Shown here: piece by piece, positions 19,178-30,908 of the stretch | Numbering within the stretch: position 1 is the first letter of the stretch | Layout of the letters: every line of letters begins with the position of its first letter | From: a bacterium | GTDB taxonomy: Bacteria > Sumerlaeota > Sumerlaeia > SLMS01 > JAHLLQ01 | Length of the DNA stretch: 64,000 bases | Reading direction: 5' to 3' | Assembly (NCBI GenBank): GCA_020444065.1 | Contig: JAHLLQ010000003.1 | Coordinates: 132,979 to 196,978, forward strand | Translations under genes and position numbers: made by a program | Notes under the pieces: model-generated | Told to the model about the DNA's origin: nothing | The model's database searches: none | The model's input: the letters and a program-made list of their open reading frames with translations, nothing else

Positions 19178-20653
19178 TTACGGTGCAACGAGGAGGGAGG
19201 CGGCCCAGTTGAGTTCGTCCGGGGCCATGGCGTAGAGGCGTTTGCCTTCTCGGTTCGTCTCATTCAGGCATCGGACGATGGAGACGGCGTGCCATTGGCC
19301 GCCGTTGTATTCGTAGCGCGTTTCCAGCCATTGTTCGCCGACTTCTTCGCCGTCGCGGTACCAGTTCATGTGGTATTTGACGACGGCGCGAGGGTAGTTG
19401 ACTTCTTCCGAAAGCTCGTGCGTTTCGCCGATCAGTTCGCCGTGGAATGTGGCGGCGCTGTTGCTGCCCCTGACCGTGCGCGGGATGCCGACGCGTGCGG
19501 CGATTTGTGCGGAATCTTCGCGGATCTTTGCGGCGAGTTGTTCGCGCATTCCTTCCGTGGGAGCGGGCGGGGCGATTCTTGTATTCTGCATCGGAGGCGG
19601 CGTCGGGAACGGCGTCGGGAAGGGTGTCGGGAACGGTGTCGGCCTTGCGCTGGGCGAGTCGGCAAAGGGATCTTCGACGACCTCGGCGATCTCGTTGGCT
19701 GGCGGTTTCTCGGCGTTCTTTGCGTCTTCACCGCGCTCGTACCATTCGCTGACGGTGGAATTGCCGATGGGCGACGTGTCGAGAATGAACTCGAAGATGA
19801 CTCCAAAGATGGCCACGCAGAGCAGGAGAACGCCACCGATGACGGCGGGCCAGAAGAGCCAGCCGATGCGCTCGGCCAGGTCGTCGAGTTTTTTGGCAAA
19901 GCCGCCGCCTTTCTTCTTCTTGCCGGGCTTCGTTTTGATGACGCGTTTGTCGATGTCGGGCAGTTCATCGCCGGGCACGACGAGGCCCCGCAGCGCGGTG
20001 GCGAGCGTTTTGACTTCGGGATCGTCGGAGGCTTGGTCGAGCAAGGCGATGAGTTCGCGACGATTGGCAACGTCGGTGCGTTGCGTCAGCAGGCCGCCAA
20101 GAAACGCCGCGGTATCGCGCGTGAGCTCGCTGGCCTTCACGCGTTCGGCAGTGACGGAGCCCAGAAGGCGCTCCGTCCCCCATTCCATTCCGGCGCGATC
20201 GCGAAACAGAATGCAGTGCGCGATGTAGACTTCGTGCAGGATGGCACTGCCATCGTCGAGAGGCTCAGGCACGCGCTCGAGCACCGTTCGATAATGGGCG
20301 AGCCACTCGGCGGGGGAGTTGGGGAGTTCTTCGTAGGTCTGGCGCGAGATGTCGGCGGCAAAGTCGGAGAGGGCCTGGGCGGCGGTGTGGCAGGACAGGC
20401 CCCAGAAGAGCGGGTCGTGCCCCCACGTGTCGTATCCGCCGACGAGTTGCTCGATGGCTCGGTCGGGATTTCCATAGGCCATGGACTGAAGGACTTCTTC
20501 GACGAGGTCGCCGGGGCCTTCGAGGAGGCGCGTAGCCATAAGGAGGCGCGAAGCGCTCCAGGAGATGTCTTCCTGGCGCTGAGCATTGGTGGCGGGCTGG
20601 TCAATCTGGGCCCGCAGGGCGCGCGCGTATTCGATGGTTTGATTATACGGCAA
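19178..20653 (-). CDS. Hypothetical single-pass membrane protein with a (TPFP)n linker.
   Basis: Protein-like composition, unlike the antisense ORF at 19097-20731. KKKK patch followed by a TM helix. 'PTPFPTPFPTPFPTP' repeat. Confidence 0.5.
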   Translation of the reverse strand: MPYNQTIEYARALRAQIDQPATNAQRQEDISWSASRLLMATRLLEGPGDLVEEVLQSMAYGNPDRAIEQLVGGYDTWGHDPLFWGLSCHTAAQALSDFAADISRQTYEELPNSPAEWLAHYRTVLERVPEPLDDGSAILHEVYIAHCILFRDRAGMEWGTERLLGSVTAERVKASELTRDTAAFLGGLLTQRTDVANRRELIALLDQASDDPEVKTLATALRGLVVPGDELPDIDKRVIKTKPGKKKKGGGFAKKLDDLAERIGWLFWPAVIGGVLLLCVAIFGVIFEFILDTSPIGNSTVSEWYERGEDAKNAEKPPANEIAEVVEDPFADSPSARPTPFPTPFPTPFPTPPPMQNTRIAPPAPTEGMREQLAAKIREDSAQIAARVGIPRTVRGSNSAATFHGELIGETHELSEEVNYPRAVVKYHMNWYRDGEEVGEQWLETRYEYNGGQWHAVSIVRCLNETNREGKRLYAMAPDELNWAASLLVAP

Positions 20654-21053
20654 GCCTCGCCTCCTTCTCAGACTGCCGACGACAGGTGTTGTCCCTTGTG
20701 GCGGGTGCGAGGCGCTGGGCGCAAGGATTGAGTCGGCTTATGGCAAGAGTGGGGGAGGGGACGAGGCGGCCAAGTCACCTCGGTTCCCGTTCCCTTCCCA
20801 TTCCCTGCATGTACTCGAACCCGCACCCGAAACCCCAAAAAACGAGTGCGATGACGAGCCCTCGCCACAGCCCGAAGGGATTATACAACTCAGCCAAGGG
20901 TAAGCCGAAGGCGCCACCCTGGGTGGCAGATCGCCGCCAAACTGAACCCCGACGGGGTTCGACACCTCCTCCCGTCGCCTTCTCCCTTGACGGCGCATCA
21001 TCATATCATGATGAATGGATGCGCAAGGACAACACCAGGAGGAACACTCCATC

Positions 21054-24000
21054 ATGGCAGATCAAAATCGCCCCACGAACCTCACCCTCGAGCAGGCGCT
21101 CAAACGCCGCATTCTGGTGCTCGACGGCGCCATGGGAACGATGATCCAGCGCTACAAGCTGCAGGAAGAGGACTTCCGCAGCGATCGCTTTCCGGATCAC
21201 GCGAAGGATCTGAAGGGGAACAACGATCTGCTGACGCTGACCCGCCCGGATGTGATCGAGGCCATTCACCGCGAGTACCTGGACGCCGGCGCGGACATCA
21301 TCGAGACGAACACGTTTAGCGCCACGCGCATCTCGCAGGCCGACTACGACCTGGAGGAGATCTGCTACGAGCTGAACCTGGAGGCTGCCCGCCTGGGTCG
21401 TCGCGTTGTGGACGCCAAGACGGCCGAGACGCCGGACCGGCCGCGGTACCTGCTCGGTTCCATCGGTCCGACGAATCGCACGGCGTCGCTCTCGCCGGAC
21501 GTGAACGATCCGGGCTATCGCGCCGTGACGTTCGATCAACTGGTCGAAGCCTACGCGGAGCAAACCCGCGGACTAATCGAAGGCGGCGTCGACGCGCTGC
21601 TTGTCGAGACGATTTTCGACACGCTGAATGCCAAGGCAGCCTTGTACGCCATTGAAACGGTTTTCGAGGAACGCGGCGCGCGCCTGCCGGTCATGATTTC
21701 CGTGACAATCACCGATCGCTCGGGCCGCACGCTTTCAGGGCAGACGCTGGAGGCTTTCTGGATTTCGATCGAGCGCTTCAATCCGTTGTCCGTCGGCATT
21801 AACTGCGCGCTCGGCGCGGAGGACATGCGCCCGTACCTGGAGGAGTTGTCCGCGATCGCAACGTGCTACACGAGCTGCTATCCGAACGCCGGTCTGCCGA
21901 ACGAGTTCGGCGAGTACGACGACACGCCGGCCAACATGGCGCGGGTGCTCGGGGGTTTCGCCGGCAGCGGTTGGCTGAATTTGATCGGCGGGTGCTGCGG
22001 CACGTCGCCGGCGCACATCTCTGCAATCGCCGAGGCCGTGCGCGAGCTTCCGCCGCGCAAGCGCCCCGATGTGCCACCCGTTTCGCGCTTCTCCGGTTTG
22101 GAGCCTGTCCGCGTGACGGCGGAGTCGAACCTGATCATGGTCGGCGAGCGCACGAACATCACAGGCTCGCCGAAGTTCGCTCGCCTGATCCGCGAAGGCG
22201 ATCTGGACGGTGCGTTGGCGGTTGCTCAGCAGCAGGTCGATAACGGCGCGCAGATCATCGACATCAACATGGACGAGGGCCTGATCGATTCGGAAGCCAC
22301 AATGGTGCGCTTCTTGAATCTGCTGGCGGCGGAGCCCGACATCTCGCGCGTTCCGATCATGGTAGACAGCTCGCGCTGGAGCGTCATCACCGCTGCGCTG
22401 CGTTGTATCCAGGGCAAGGCGATCGTCAATTCGATCAGCCTCAAGGAAGGCGAGGAGAAGTTCCTCGAGCACGCGCGCGAGATTCATCGCTTCGGTGCAG
22501 GCGTTGTCGTGATGGCGTTCGACGAGCAGGGTCAGGCGGATACGGCCGAACGCAAAGTCGAAATCAGCGAGCGCGCCTACAAGTTGCTCGTCGAGAAGGC
22601 CGGCTTCGATCCCACGGACATCATCTTCGATCCGAATGTGCTGACGGTCGGGACGGGCATCGAGGAGCACAACAACTACGCCGTGGCGTTCATCGAAGCG
22701 ACACGCGAGCTGAAGAAGCGTTGCCCCGGCGCGAAGGTCAGCGGCGGCATCAGCAACATCTCGTTCTCCTTCCGCGGCAATCGCCCCGTTCGCGAAGCGA
22801 TGCACTCCGCGTTCCTGTTCCACGCCATCAAGGCGGGGCTCGACATGGCTATCGTGAACGCCGGCATGGTCGAGGTCTACGAAGAGATTCCGAAGGATCG
22901 CCTGGAACTGGTCGAAGATGTTCTTCTCAATCGCCGGGAGGATGCCACCGAGCGCCTGATCGAGTACGCTGAGACCGTGAAGGGTGAGAAGAAGGACGAC
23001 GCCAAAACCGCCGCTGCGTGGCGCGATGGCACGGTTGAGGAGCGTCTTTCGCATGCTCTGATCAAGGGCATTGTCGAGTTCATCGATGAGGACGTTGAAG
23101 AAGCGCGCCAGAAGTTCGACCGCCCGCTCGAAGTGATCGAAGGGCCGTTGATGGACGGCATGAACGTCGTCGGCGACTTGTTCGGCAGCGGCAAAATGTT
23201 CCTGCCTCAGGTCGTGAAGAGCGCGCGCGTGATGAAGAAGGCCGTCGCCTGCCTTCTGCCCTACATGGAGAAGGAGAAGGAAGAACGCGGCATCACGAAG
23301 GGCGCGGCGAAGGTGCTGCTCGCGACCGTCAAAGGCGACGTCCACGACATCGGCAAGAATATCGTCGGCGTGGTTCTCGGATGTAATGGTTACGACATCA
23401 TCGATCTCGGCGTCATGGTGCCGACGGACAGAATCCTTCGCGAAGCCCGCGAGCAGGACGTCGACATCATCGGCCTGAGCGGCCTGATCACACCATCGCT
23501 CGACGAGATGGTTCACGTCGCGAAGGAGATGGAGCGCGAAGGTTTCAAGGTTCCGCTGCTGATCGGCGGTGCCACGACGAGCCGCATCCACACTGCCGTC
23601 AAGATCGCCCCGCAGTACAGCGCTCCCGTCGTGCATGTGCTCGATGCATCCCGCGCAGTCGGCGTGGTGCAGGGTTTGCTCGACGAAAAAGGTGGGACGG
23701 AGTACGCACGCCAGGTTGCCGAAGATCAGCAGACGTTGCGCGATCACCATCGCAGCAAGCAGGGCGAGGCGAAGCTCGTTTCGCTCGAGCAGGCCCGCGC
23801 GAATAAGCCGACGTTCGACTGGTCCAGCGCAAAGATCGACGAGCCAGAATTCCTGGGCCCAAAGCTGTACGATGTCGCGATCGAAGACCTCGTGCCGTTC
23901 ATTGATTGGACGCCATTCTTCCATGCGTGGGAGCTCAAGGGCGTGTACCCGAAGATTCTCGATCACCCGAAGTACGGCGAGCGTGCCCGCGAGCTGCAGC

Positions 24001-24740
24001 GCGATGCACAGAAGATGCTCGAGGATTTCATCACCAACAAATCGCTGACCGCGCGTGGCGTGCTCGGACTCTTCGCTGCCAACTCCGATGGTGACGATGT
24101 TGTCATCTACGAGGGCGAAACGCCTGTGAAGATACTGAACTTCCTGCGCCAGCAGGCGGAAAAGGATTCCGCCAAGTCGCATCTATGCCTAGCGGATTAC
24201 ATTGCTCCGCGCGACACGAAACGGCGCGACACAATTGGGGCTTTCGCAGTCACGGCAGGTGTTGGAGTGAAGGAACTGTGCGCCGTTTACGACGCCGATC
24301 ACGATGACTACCATTCAATCATGGTCAAGGTTCTCGCTGATCGTCTCGCGGAAGCATTTGCGGAGTACATCCACAAGCAGGCTCGCGATGCGTGGGGATT
24401 CGGCAAGGCGGAGAACTTCACGAACGACGATCTGATTGCAGAGAAGTATCGCGGCATTCGCCCGGCGCCGGGCTACCCGTCATGTCCGGATCATACGGAG
24501 AAGGCGAAGCTCTTCGAGTTGCTTGACGCGGAGAGAATCGGAGCGAACCTGACCGAGTCGTTCATGATGGATCCAGGCGCTTCGGTTTGCGGATACATGT
24601 TCGCGCACCCCGAGGCACGTTATTTCGATGTGCGCCCGATCGATCGCGATCAGGCCGCCGACTACGCGCAACGCAAGGGCGAGTCGGCGGAGTACGTCGA
24701 GCAATGGTTGGCGTCGGAGTTGTCGTACGATCCGTCGTAA
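21054..24740 (+). CDS. metH: Cobalamin-dependent methionine synthase MetH.
   Basis: Homocysteine-binding and pterin-binding modules. B12-binding '[11 protein letters not shown]' (DxHxxG). C-terminal AdoMet activation domain. Confidence 0.9.
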   Translation: MADQNRPTNLTLEQALKRRILVLDGAMGTMIQRYKLQEEDFRSDRFPDHAKDLKGNNDLLTLTRPDVIEAIHREYLDAGADIIETNTFSATRISQADYDLEEICYELNLEAARLGRRVVDAKTAETPDRPRYLLGSIGPTNRTASLSPDVNDPGYRAVTFDQLVEAYAEQTRGLIEGGVDALLVETIFDTLNAKAALYAIETVFEERGARLPVMISVTITDRSGRTLSGQTLEAFWISIERFNPLSVGINCALGAEDMRPYLEELSAIATCYTSCYPNAGLPNEFGEYDDTPANMARVLGGFAGSGWLNLIGGCCGTSPAHISAIAEAVRELPPRKRPDVPPVSRFSGLEPVRVTAESNLIMVGERTNITGSPKFARLIREGDLDGALAVAQQQVDNGAQIIDINMDEGLIDSEATMVRFLNLLAAEPDISRVPIMVDSSRWSVITAALRCIQGKAIVNSISLKEGEEKFLEHAREIHRFGAGVVVMAFDEQGQADTAERKVEISERAYKLLVEKAGFDPTDIIFDPNVLTVGTGIEEHNNYAVAFIEATRELKKRCPGAKVSGGISNISFSFRGNRPVREAMHSAFLFHAIKAGLDMAIVNAGMVEVYEEIPKDRLELVEDVLLNRREDATERLIEYAETVKGEKKDDAKTAAAWRDGTVEERLSHALIKGIVEFIDEDVEEARQKFDRPLEVIEGPLMDGMNVVGDLFGSGKMFLPQVVKSARVMKKAVACLLPYMEKEKEERGITKGAAKVLLATVKGDVHDIGKNIVGVVLGCNGYDIIDLGVMVPTDRILREAREQDVDIIGLSGLITPSLDEMVHVAKEMEREGFKVPLLIGGATTSRIHTAVKIAPQYSAPVVHVLDASRAVGVVQGLLDEKGGTEYARQVAEDQQTLRDHHRSKQGEAKLVSLEQARANKPTFDWSSAKIDEPEFLGPKLYDVAIEDLVPFIDWTPFFHAWELKGVYPKILDHPKYGERARELQRDAQKMLEDFITNKSLTARGVLGLFAANSDGDDVVIYEGETPVKILNFLRQQAEKDSAKSHLCLADYIAPRDTKRRDTIGAFAVTAGVGVKELCAVYDADHDDYHSIMVKVLADRLAEAFAEYIHKQARDAWGFGKAENFTNDDLIAEKYRGIRPAPGYPSCPDHTEKAKLFELLDAERIGANLTESFMMDPGASVCGYMFAHPEARYFDVRPIDRDQAADYAQRKGESAEYVEQWLASELSYDPS

Positions 24741-24752
24741 GCGAATGGAAGG

Positions 24753-26237
24753 TCAGGAGAACGCGCGCTCGCACGCTTCGCACAGCGCGTGCAGGATCAG
24801 CGTGTGGACCTCCTGAATGCGTTCCGTGCGACTGTCCGGAACAACAAGTGCCACATCGACGAGGTCCTTGGCGCGCCCACCGGTCTTTCCGGCGATGGCA
24901 ATCGTGCGAAGGCGGGCTGCGCGCGCACGCTCGAAGGCGCGATTGATGTTCTCGGAATTGCCGCTCGTGGTGAATCCGACCAGAAGATCTCCTTCACGCC
25001 CGAGCCCTTCGACCTGGCGCGAGAAAATCTCCTCGAATCCATAGTCATTCGCGATGCACGTCAGATTCGACGCATCGCCGGCCAGATTGATCGCCGCCAA
25101 CGACGGACGATCGCCGCGATAACGCCCGACCAGTTCCTCGGCCAAGTGCGCGGCATCGGTCGTGCTGCCACCGTTTCCGCAGGTCAACACCTTGCCGCCG
25201 GCTTTCAGCGTTTCGACCAGAAGATCCGCGGCCGCTTCGATCCCTGCCAGTAATTCCGGATCGGCAACCACGCGACCCGCCAGGCTCATCAACGCGGCGG
25301 CTTGCGATTCGACGCTCGGCCCGCGGTGCGCATCTTCGCGCCACCCGGCCTGAAGTGCAGCGGCCATCGCGGCAACATCGCCGAGATGCTCGCCCAGTCC
25401 CGCAGGCGCGATGTGGCAACGTTTCGCAAGATGCCGCAATCCCTCGCGATGCGCCACGGCGCGAATCGGCTCCAGCAAGAGATCGCCCGCGTGAACGCCG
25501 ATCGTCCCAAGGGCAATCGCCTCGAGACCGAACAGGTCGATCAGGCGCGCGCACTGGCGTCCGACCTGCTCTGCCAACGCCGTAAGCAACTCGCGCGCAT
25601 CGGCATTGCCACTGCGTGCTGCGTTTGCCAGGTCGGCCATCGTCGTGCCCGCCGGGAATTTGCCAGACGCGACGGCCTGCATCGCCACGCCAGTACCACT
25701 GGCCAAACCTTCCAGGCTGCCGGCCTTGCCAAACAACTCGGGTCCATCCTCGGCCACGCGCCAATGCCCGACCTCGCCGGGAATCGCTAGCACTTGCCCA
25801 TCGATGACCACGCCGCATCCGAACCCCGTTGCGAACGTCAGAAAGGCCAATCGGTGCATGTGCGAGTCGCGGCCGATTCCGTAGCGCCACTCGGCGTAGG
25901 CGCCTGCGCGGGCGTCGTGCATGATGTGGACGGGCAGGCTGAACGCCTCCTCCAGCTTTTCGCGCAGCGCCAGCCCATGCCACGCTGGAAGATGCGGCGG
26001 AACGAGGAGATGGCCGGTTGCCTCATCCATCGGTCCGCCGATGGAGACGCTTACGGCGGTTGGGGGGGAATGCTCCGCGGCGAGCGCATCGGCCTCGCGG
26101 CGCACGTCGGCGAGGAATTCATCGAACGGCCGATCGGGGCAGGTGAGGAACTCGCGGCGCGCCAGGACAGCGGCGCCGTCGGTGCCGAGAATCACGGCTG
26201 TCTTGGTTCCTCCGATGTCTAACGCCAGCAAGCTCAT
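24753..26237 (-). CDS. ROK-family sugar kinase fused to a SIS domain (GmhA/DiaA-like phosphoheptose-isomerase fold).
   Basis: ROK 'LALDIGGTKT' at the N-terminus. C-terminal SIS 'LTCGNGGSTTDAAHLAEEL...GFTTSGNSENI'. The track's longer start is rejected; ATG at 26237. Confidence 0.7.
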   Translation of the reverse strand: MSLLALDIGGTKTAVILGTDGAAVLARREFLTCPDRPFDEFLADVRREADALAAEHSPPTAVSVSIGGPMDEATGHLLVPPHLPAWHGLALREKLEEAFSLPVHIMHDARAGAYAEWRYGIGRDSHMHRLAFLTFATGFGCGVVIDGQVLAIPGEVGHWRVAEDGPELFGKAGSLEGLASGTGVAMQAVASGKFPAGTTMADLANAARSGNADARELLTALAEQVGRQCARLIDLFGLEAIALGTIGVHAGDLLLEPIRAVAHREGLRHLAKRCHIAPAGLGEHLGDVAAMAAALQAGWREDAHRGPSVESQAAALMSLAGRVVADPELLAGIEAAADLLVETLKAGGKVLTCGNGGSTTDAAHLAEELVGRYRGDRPSLAAINLAGDASNLTCIANDYGFEEIFSRQVEGLGREGDLLVGFTTSGNSENINRAFERARAARLRTIAIAGKTGGRAKDLVDVALVVPDSRTERIQEVHTLILHALCEACERAFS

Positions 26238-26427
26238 GGTTCGCCGCCTTGCCTCAGAATGGCAAAGATTGTCCGTGGCACCGGCCAACGGTGTCAATTG
26301 CGGCAGTCGACAGGCCCGAAGCGCTCCAATGACGAGAACAGGTGGTTTTCTTGGGTTGCCATGGCGCCGTAACCTCGGAAGCCTCTCCCTCCCAGGGGAA
26401 AACCAGATCGGGGAGCTGCAATTCGCG

Positions 26428-29319
26428 ATGGCGAAGAATACCCGCAAACAGCGGGGCGGGAGGTCGAAGGCGACCGCACCGTCCCCTCCGGAGGAACGTC
26501 GCCAGGAGGGGGCGCAGACGGATGTCGATACAAAGACCTGGTCCCAGCGCCTGAGGGACCCGTGGTACGTTGGCGCCAATCGGTGGTTCTTTTGGGCGAT
26601 CCTTGCTCTGATTCTTGTGATGGGATTAGTGCGGTGGCAGACGAACGCGAGCCGCAGCTACTGGATCGACGAAATCCACTCCATCCGCAAAGGCCAACTC
26701 GCCGTCGAGGCCGAGGGCCTGGAAGATCTTGGTGAGAAATACCACCAAGGCTTCTTTGCGACGATCGGCCCATTGATCGGCGATGGTAGCAGCGAGCGCC
26801 AGGCCCGAACGCCGGCCGTCGTGGCCATCATGCTCGGGATCGGCTTCATGGCGATTCTGGGCGGCCTGCTCGGCGGTCGGTGGATGGCACTTTCTGCCAC
26901 GATCGTCGGCGTGATTGCACCGCGCGCCCTCTATCACTCGGGCGAGATTCGTTACTACGCGTTCCTCTTCATGTTGGGCGCGCTTGGGTTGTTGCTGCTC
27001 GAGCTCTGCCATCGTCGCAAAGGAGCATGGGCACTTCCACTTGGTGGCCTGACGGCGATCTATGCCTACACGATTCACCCCGCCAGCGGCCCGTTCATGA
27101 TGATGATTGGCCTCGCGGCCTTTGGGTTTGTCGCTTGGGATTTTGCCACGTCGATTCGCCCCGCCTTTCAGAACAAGAAGCGGAACCCGGCGACCATGAT
27201 TCGCGCGGTCTGGCTCGGTTTCATGATCGCAACCGCCGTCGCTGCACCTGTTGTGATGTTCTCCAAGGTCGCTGAAATCTGGAATGCCCATTTCGGCGCA
27301 GTGCTTTCGGGCAAGGCGACTCACGCACCGAACATGAAGTTCACGTGGGACTTCCTCAGCCGCACATTCACTCATCTGTATTTCTCCATTCCTAAGCGCT
27401 CATTCGGGACCGAGGTCATCAATTTCCTCTGGTTCGGTGGACTGATCGTTGGACCGTTACTGATGTTCCGCCGGAGTCGAGTGCTGGCGCTGTTCATTCC
27501 CATCTCCTTCGTGCTCTACTTCGCGACTTTCTTCTTTGTTCCCGCGGAGATCGGAATGGCCGCGAAGTACATGATGGCCGCTGTGCCGGGACTGCTTCTG
27601 CTGATTGCAACGGTGCCGCCGGAGATCGGGCGCCTTGTGGCGACGAAGTCTCCACGCGCCGGGGCATGGACGTTTGGTGTTTTGATGTTCGGTTGGATCG
27701 CGCTGAATGCACAGCCGGCGTACCTGATGATTGTGAAGGATGTCTCAAACTATCGACAGACAATCGAGGTCGCCGAGTCCTACACGCAGGACACCGCGCC
27801 CCCGACGATCTTCGCCAGCAGCATCCTGTTGCTTGGCCTGGATTACTATCGCCAGCGATTGCCATTGGAAAGACGCCCAATCGTGCGCAACGCTGCTGGT
27901 GCGGGGGTACCGGGAATTCTGCAGGGACTGGCAAGCGAACGTGGAATCATGTTCGCAATGATCAATGAAACGGCGTCCTACAGGGGACGCTTCATCGAGG
28001 CGATCGAACCGTACATGAAGGAGGTCAAGGAGCTGGACTCGCCGGTGGCGCCCAGCTACTCCGTTCACATCTGGAGACCGCGACTCGATCTGATCGCCGT
28101 CCCTGGCCGTATTCTCAAGTTGGATCGCGATGCTATCGAGCAATTGACCGGCGAAGGACTCGATTTTCTGACGCCTGGGCCCGGCGGCTGGCGTCTCAAA
28201 GGTGCTCCCGAAAACTCGAAGCTGTTCGTCAACGGCGAGGCAATGCCAACGCCTGTGGGTGATTTCCTCGCAGCGAAAGAAACATCGATGACGCTGCGAT
28301 TGGAGGCTGCAGAGCCGATTGAATCGCTCGATCTTGTCCCAGCCCCAGTCGATGGAATGATTCTCTGTCCCGGCGGGCTGGCGTGGCGCGTTCCCGTCAC
28401 GCCTTACTCGCGACCGATCATGCGGTCGGGGGTACTCGCAATGAATTTCAAGCGCAGCTACTGGTGTGAGTATGCTCTCGATGTGCCGGAGGATGCCGGT
28501 GGCCTGGTCGTGGTGATGGAGGAGGCCGGCAAGGTGTCTGCTGCGTTCGAGATTCTGATCGATGACAAGCCCTTTGCAATCGTCGCCGGCATGATGGGTG
28601 CCCAGCAGATTATCGATGGCCCGTATCGTCGTTACGTTCCATTGCCGGAAGATGCAAAGGGCCGGCGCGTGCGATTCCGCTTCACATTCCTCAGCGAAAC
28701 CTACATCGGCGACAATGAAGGAACCATCCTGGGTGTTGGGCTGGTGGGAAGCGTTCCCCAGGATGATAACCTCTTCCCAAGGCTAATTCTGACGCCGCCC
28801 CCCGATTGGGCGCGAGGCGACTTCCCACGGCCGCAGGGCGATCCCTTCTGGGGCCAGGTCGCGGTCAATGCGAACGACCTGTCCAAGATTGAAGTTCACC
28901 ATGACGTAGAAGATCCCTATATGTCGGTCTCGTTGGAGCGCGACACGCCGACCATGCAAATCGCCTTGCCGCCATTCGAACCGATTCCGGGATCGTGGAT
29001 CTACTGCGAGTATGAAGCGGAACAGATCGCGGCGCCGCAACATTCACTCGGGATGTTCGCGACCATATACGACAAGGATGGCAAGGACATCTCCTTGTGC
29101 GGATTCACCGAGGGGCTGCAGGGTCAGGAATCCGATGGGTGGTGCCGATACGGAGCACTGATGCCAGTCGCCGCAGGGGCTGCATTGGTGCGGTTTCATT
29201 GGCAAATCTATCGCCACCCCGAGGAAAACAAGCCGCCAACGCCCGAGGGTTCCGAACTGCGATTCCGCAACTTCCGAATCTTCGCTCCGGAGGAAGTCCA
29301 GCGCGTCACAGAGCCTTGA
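26428..29319 (+). CDS. Large polytopic membrane protein with a ~550-aa extracytoplasmic C-terminal domain. It is possibly a GT-C-type glycosyltransferase.
   Basis: Start 'MAKNTRKQ' at 26428. Around 12 predicted TM helices, then a soluble domain. Resembles the membrane protein at 48249-50030. Confidence 0.55.
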   Translation: MAKNTRKQRGGRSKATAPSPPEERRQEGAQTDVDTKTWSQRLRDPWYVGANRWFFWAILALILVMGLVRWQTNASRSYWIDEIHSIRKGQLAVEAEGLEDLGEKYHQGFFATIGPLIGDGSSERQARTPAVVAIMLGIGFMAILGGLLGGRWMALSATIVGVIAPRALYHSGEIRYYAFLFMLGALGLLLLELCHRRKGAWALPLGGLTAIYAYTIHPASGPFMMMIGLAAFGFVAWDFATSIRPAFQNKKRNPATMIRAVWLGFMIATAVAAPVVMFSKVAEIWNAHFGAVLSGKATHAPNMKFTWDFLSRTFTHLYFSIPKRSFGTEVINFLWFGGLIVGPLLMFRRSRVLALFIPISFVLYFATFFFVPAEIGMAAKYMMAAVPGLLLLIATVPPEIGRLVATKSPRAGAWTFGVLMFGWIALNAQPAYLMIVKDVSNYRQTIEVAESYTQDTAPPTIFASSILLLGLDYYRQRLPLERRPIVRNAAGAGVPGILQGLASERGIMFAMINETASYRGRFIEAIEPYMKEVKELDSPVAPSYSVHIWRPRLDLIAVPGRILKLDRDAIEQLTGEGLDFLTPGPGGWRLKGAPENSKLFVNGEAMPTPVGDFLAAKETSMTLRLEAAEPIESLDLVPAPVDGMILCPGGLAWRVPVTPYSRPIMRSGVLAMNFKRSYWCEYALDVPEDAGGLVVVMEEAGKVSAAFEILIDDKPFAIVAGMMGAQQIIDGPYRRYVPLPEDAKGRRVRFRFTFLSETYIGDNEGTILGVGLVGSVPQDDNLFPRLILTPPPDWARGDFPRPQGDPFWGQVAVNANDLSKIEVHHDVEDPYMSVSLERDTPTMQIALPPFEPIPGSWIYCEYEAEQIAAPQHSLGMFATIYDKDGKDISLCGFTEGLQGQESDGWCRYGALMPVAAGAALVRFHWQIYRHPEENKPPTPEGSELRFRNFRIFAPEEVQRVTEP

Positions 29320-30808
29320 TAAGAGGAAGGCGAACGTTTGTCGGGTAGTGGGGGAGACGCGTTGCCAACTCTGCCTTGAAGGTGGGAATTCCTCCGGCTG
29401 TGGCTTGTACGCCGCGAGTGATTTCCTCCTGCAGCCTCTCTGAGTCCCTCCCTCTTTTCTCCAGCGATTGCTCCATCGCCACGTAAAGCTCTGGAACAAA
29501 GTTCGCCCGCCCGGTCACGAAACCGACACCGCCTGCGCGATGGCAATCGAGGATGCGTTCGTCGCCACCGATGAAGTACCTTGGCGTGTGACGAACCAGT
29601 TCCAGGTTGGCTGAGGAGTCCTTTAGCGCGGCGTGCGGAACCTGCGCCAGAATCTCCGCGGTGATTGAGTTTCCCGTGTGCTTCGGGAAATTGTAAAGCA
29701 CCAGCGGCGCGTCGATGCGTTCACCGATTTCGCAGAAGTACCGCGCAATCCCCTCTGCCGGTGCATTAGCCAGGTAGTACGGGGGCAATGCAGCAATGGC
29801 ATCGGCACCATACTCCTCGCCCCAGCGCGCCTCCTCCAGCGTCTGCACCAGGCTGTCGCTCCCTGCATGAAATAGCACGACGCCCGGGAAGTAACGTCGC
29901 GCCAGCGTCAATGCGAGCTTCCGCTCCGCCGCAGACAGCGAGAAGAACTCGCCCGTCGTGCCATTCACAAGGATGCGCTGCACGCCGTTCGCGGCCAACC
30001 ACTCCACGTGGGCGATGAACGCGCTCTCGTCGAATTGCATTGCATCATCGAAAGGCGTCAGAACCGCGACGATCAAACCCGACAAGTCGACCGGCGCCAA
30101 GTCGGGCTCCAATAGATCGTGGAATTGCGCGAAGAGTTTCTCCTCCACCGATTCCACTACAACCGTGTAGTCCTCGCGGCAGTACAAGTGCAAGTCTGCC
30201 CACTTTTTGCTCTCGGCGCCATGCGCACTGAACTCGCGCAGGTTGCTTTGAAGGAACGTCGCAATCGCCTTCTCCTGCGAATAACCGCGGGATTCGATGT
30301 CGCGAGAAATTCGCGTCGCAAGTTGTGTCTTCCAGTCCGAATCGACGAAGATCGCGAAGTCCACTCGGTCGCGCAGTTCAAGATACGTTGCTACTTCACC
30401 ATCGACGATCGTGAAGCGCGCTGGTGCGAACGGCTTCGTAATCCTCGCTTCACCTGCTTCGGAATCGTAGACAGGCTTATCAAACGCCCGGCCTTCGCGG
30501 ATGCAACCAAGATGCTCGCGAATCAGTTCCATCCGATTTGCTTCGGGGTGAGCGCCGTACAAGTTCCGCGGATAGCGTTCCTCGCGAGACGTCTTATAGT
30601 CGTCCAATCTCAGAACGGCCGCACCGGGCAATTGCTCTGCGAGTGCCCGCGCAAAGGTCGTCTTACCCGTCCCGCCGGGACCGCCCACTGCAATCGCAAG
30701 ACAGCCCGCGTGGTCGACGAATCTGCGCTGCAGCAATTCCGCCAGAATCGCCTCCGCCGGACGACGGGCACCACCGCGATAACGAACATGCGTCTTGCTT
30801 CGAGGCAT
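29306..30808 (-). CDS. Fusion of a P-loop nucleoside kinase (uridine kinase/PRK family) and a DapA/NanA-family (DHDPS-like) aldolase.
   Basis: Walker A 'IAVGGPGGTGKTTFARAL'. C-terminal 'LIVAVLTPFDDAMQFDESAFIAHVEWLAANGVQRILVNGTTGEF' is the DHDPS-family signature. Confidence 0.65.
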   Translation of the reverse strand: MPRSKTHVRYRGGARRPAEAILAELLQRRFVDHAGCLAIAVGGPGGTGKTTFARALAEQLPGAAVLRLDDYKTSREERYPRNLYGAHPEANRMELIREHLGCIREGRAFDKPVYDSEAGEARITKPFAPARFTIVDGEVATYLELRDRVDFAIFVDSDWKTQLATRISRDIESRGYSQEKAIATFLQSNLREFSAHGAESKKWADLHLYCREDYTVVVESVEEKLFAQFHDLLEPDLAPVDLSGLIVAVLTPFDDAMQFDESAFIAHVEWLAANGVQRILVNGTTGEFFSLSAAERKLALTLARRYFPGVVLFHAGSDSLVQTLEEARWGEEYGADAIAALPPYYLANAPAEGIARYFCEIGERIDAPLVLYNFPKHTGNSITAEILAQVPHAALKDSSANLELVRHTPRYFIGGDERILDCHRAGGVGFVTGRANFVPELYVAMEQSLEKRGRDSERLQEEITRGVQATAGGIPTFKAELATRLPHYPTNVRLPLIKAL

Positions 30809-30908
30809 CCGTTGTGCGCTCCTCACCAAAGCTGAATCCATTGTCCGAGCACCACGAGCCGTGCGCAATGGACAACATGAACCGGAACGGGTACCCGCCT
30901 TCTACGCC

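Noticed and set aside
20700-21053. Possible SAH/B12 riboswitch upstream of metH.
   Set aside because: No recognisable riboswitch consensus. The only structured element is a MITE half-copy (20768-20783).
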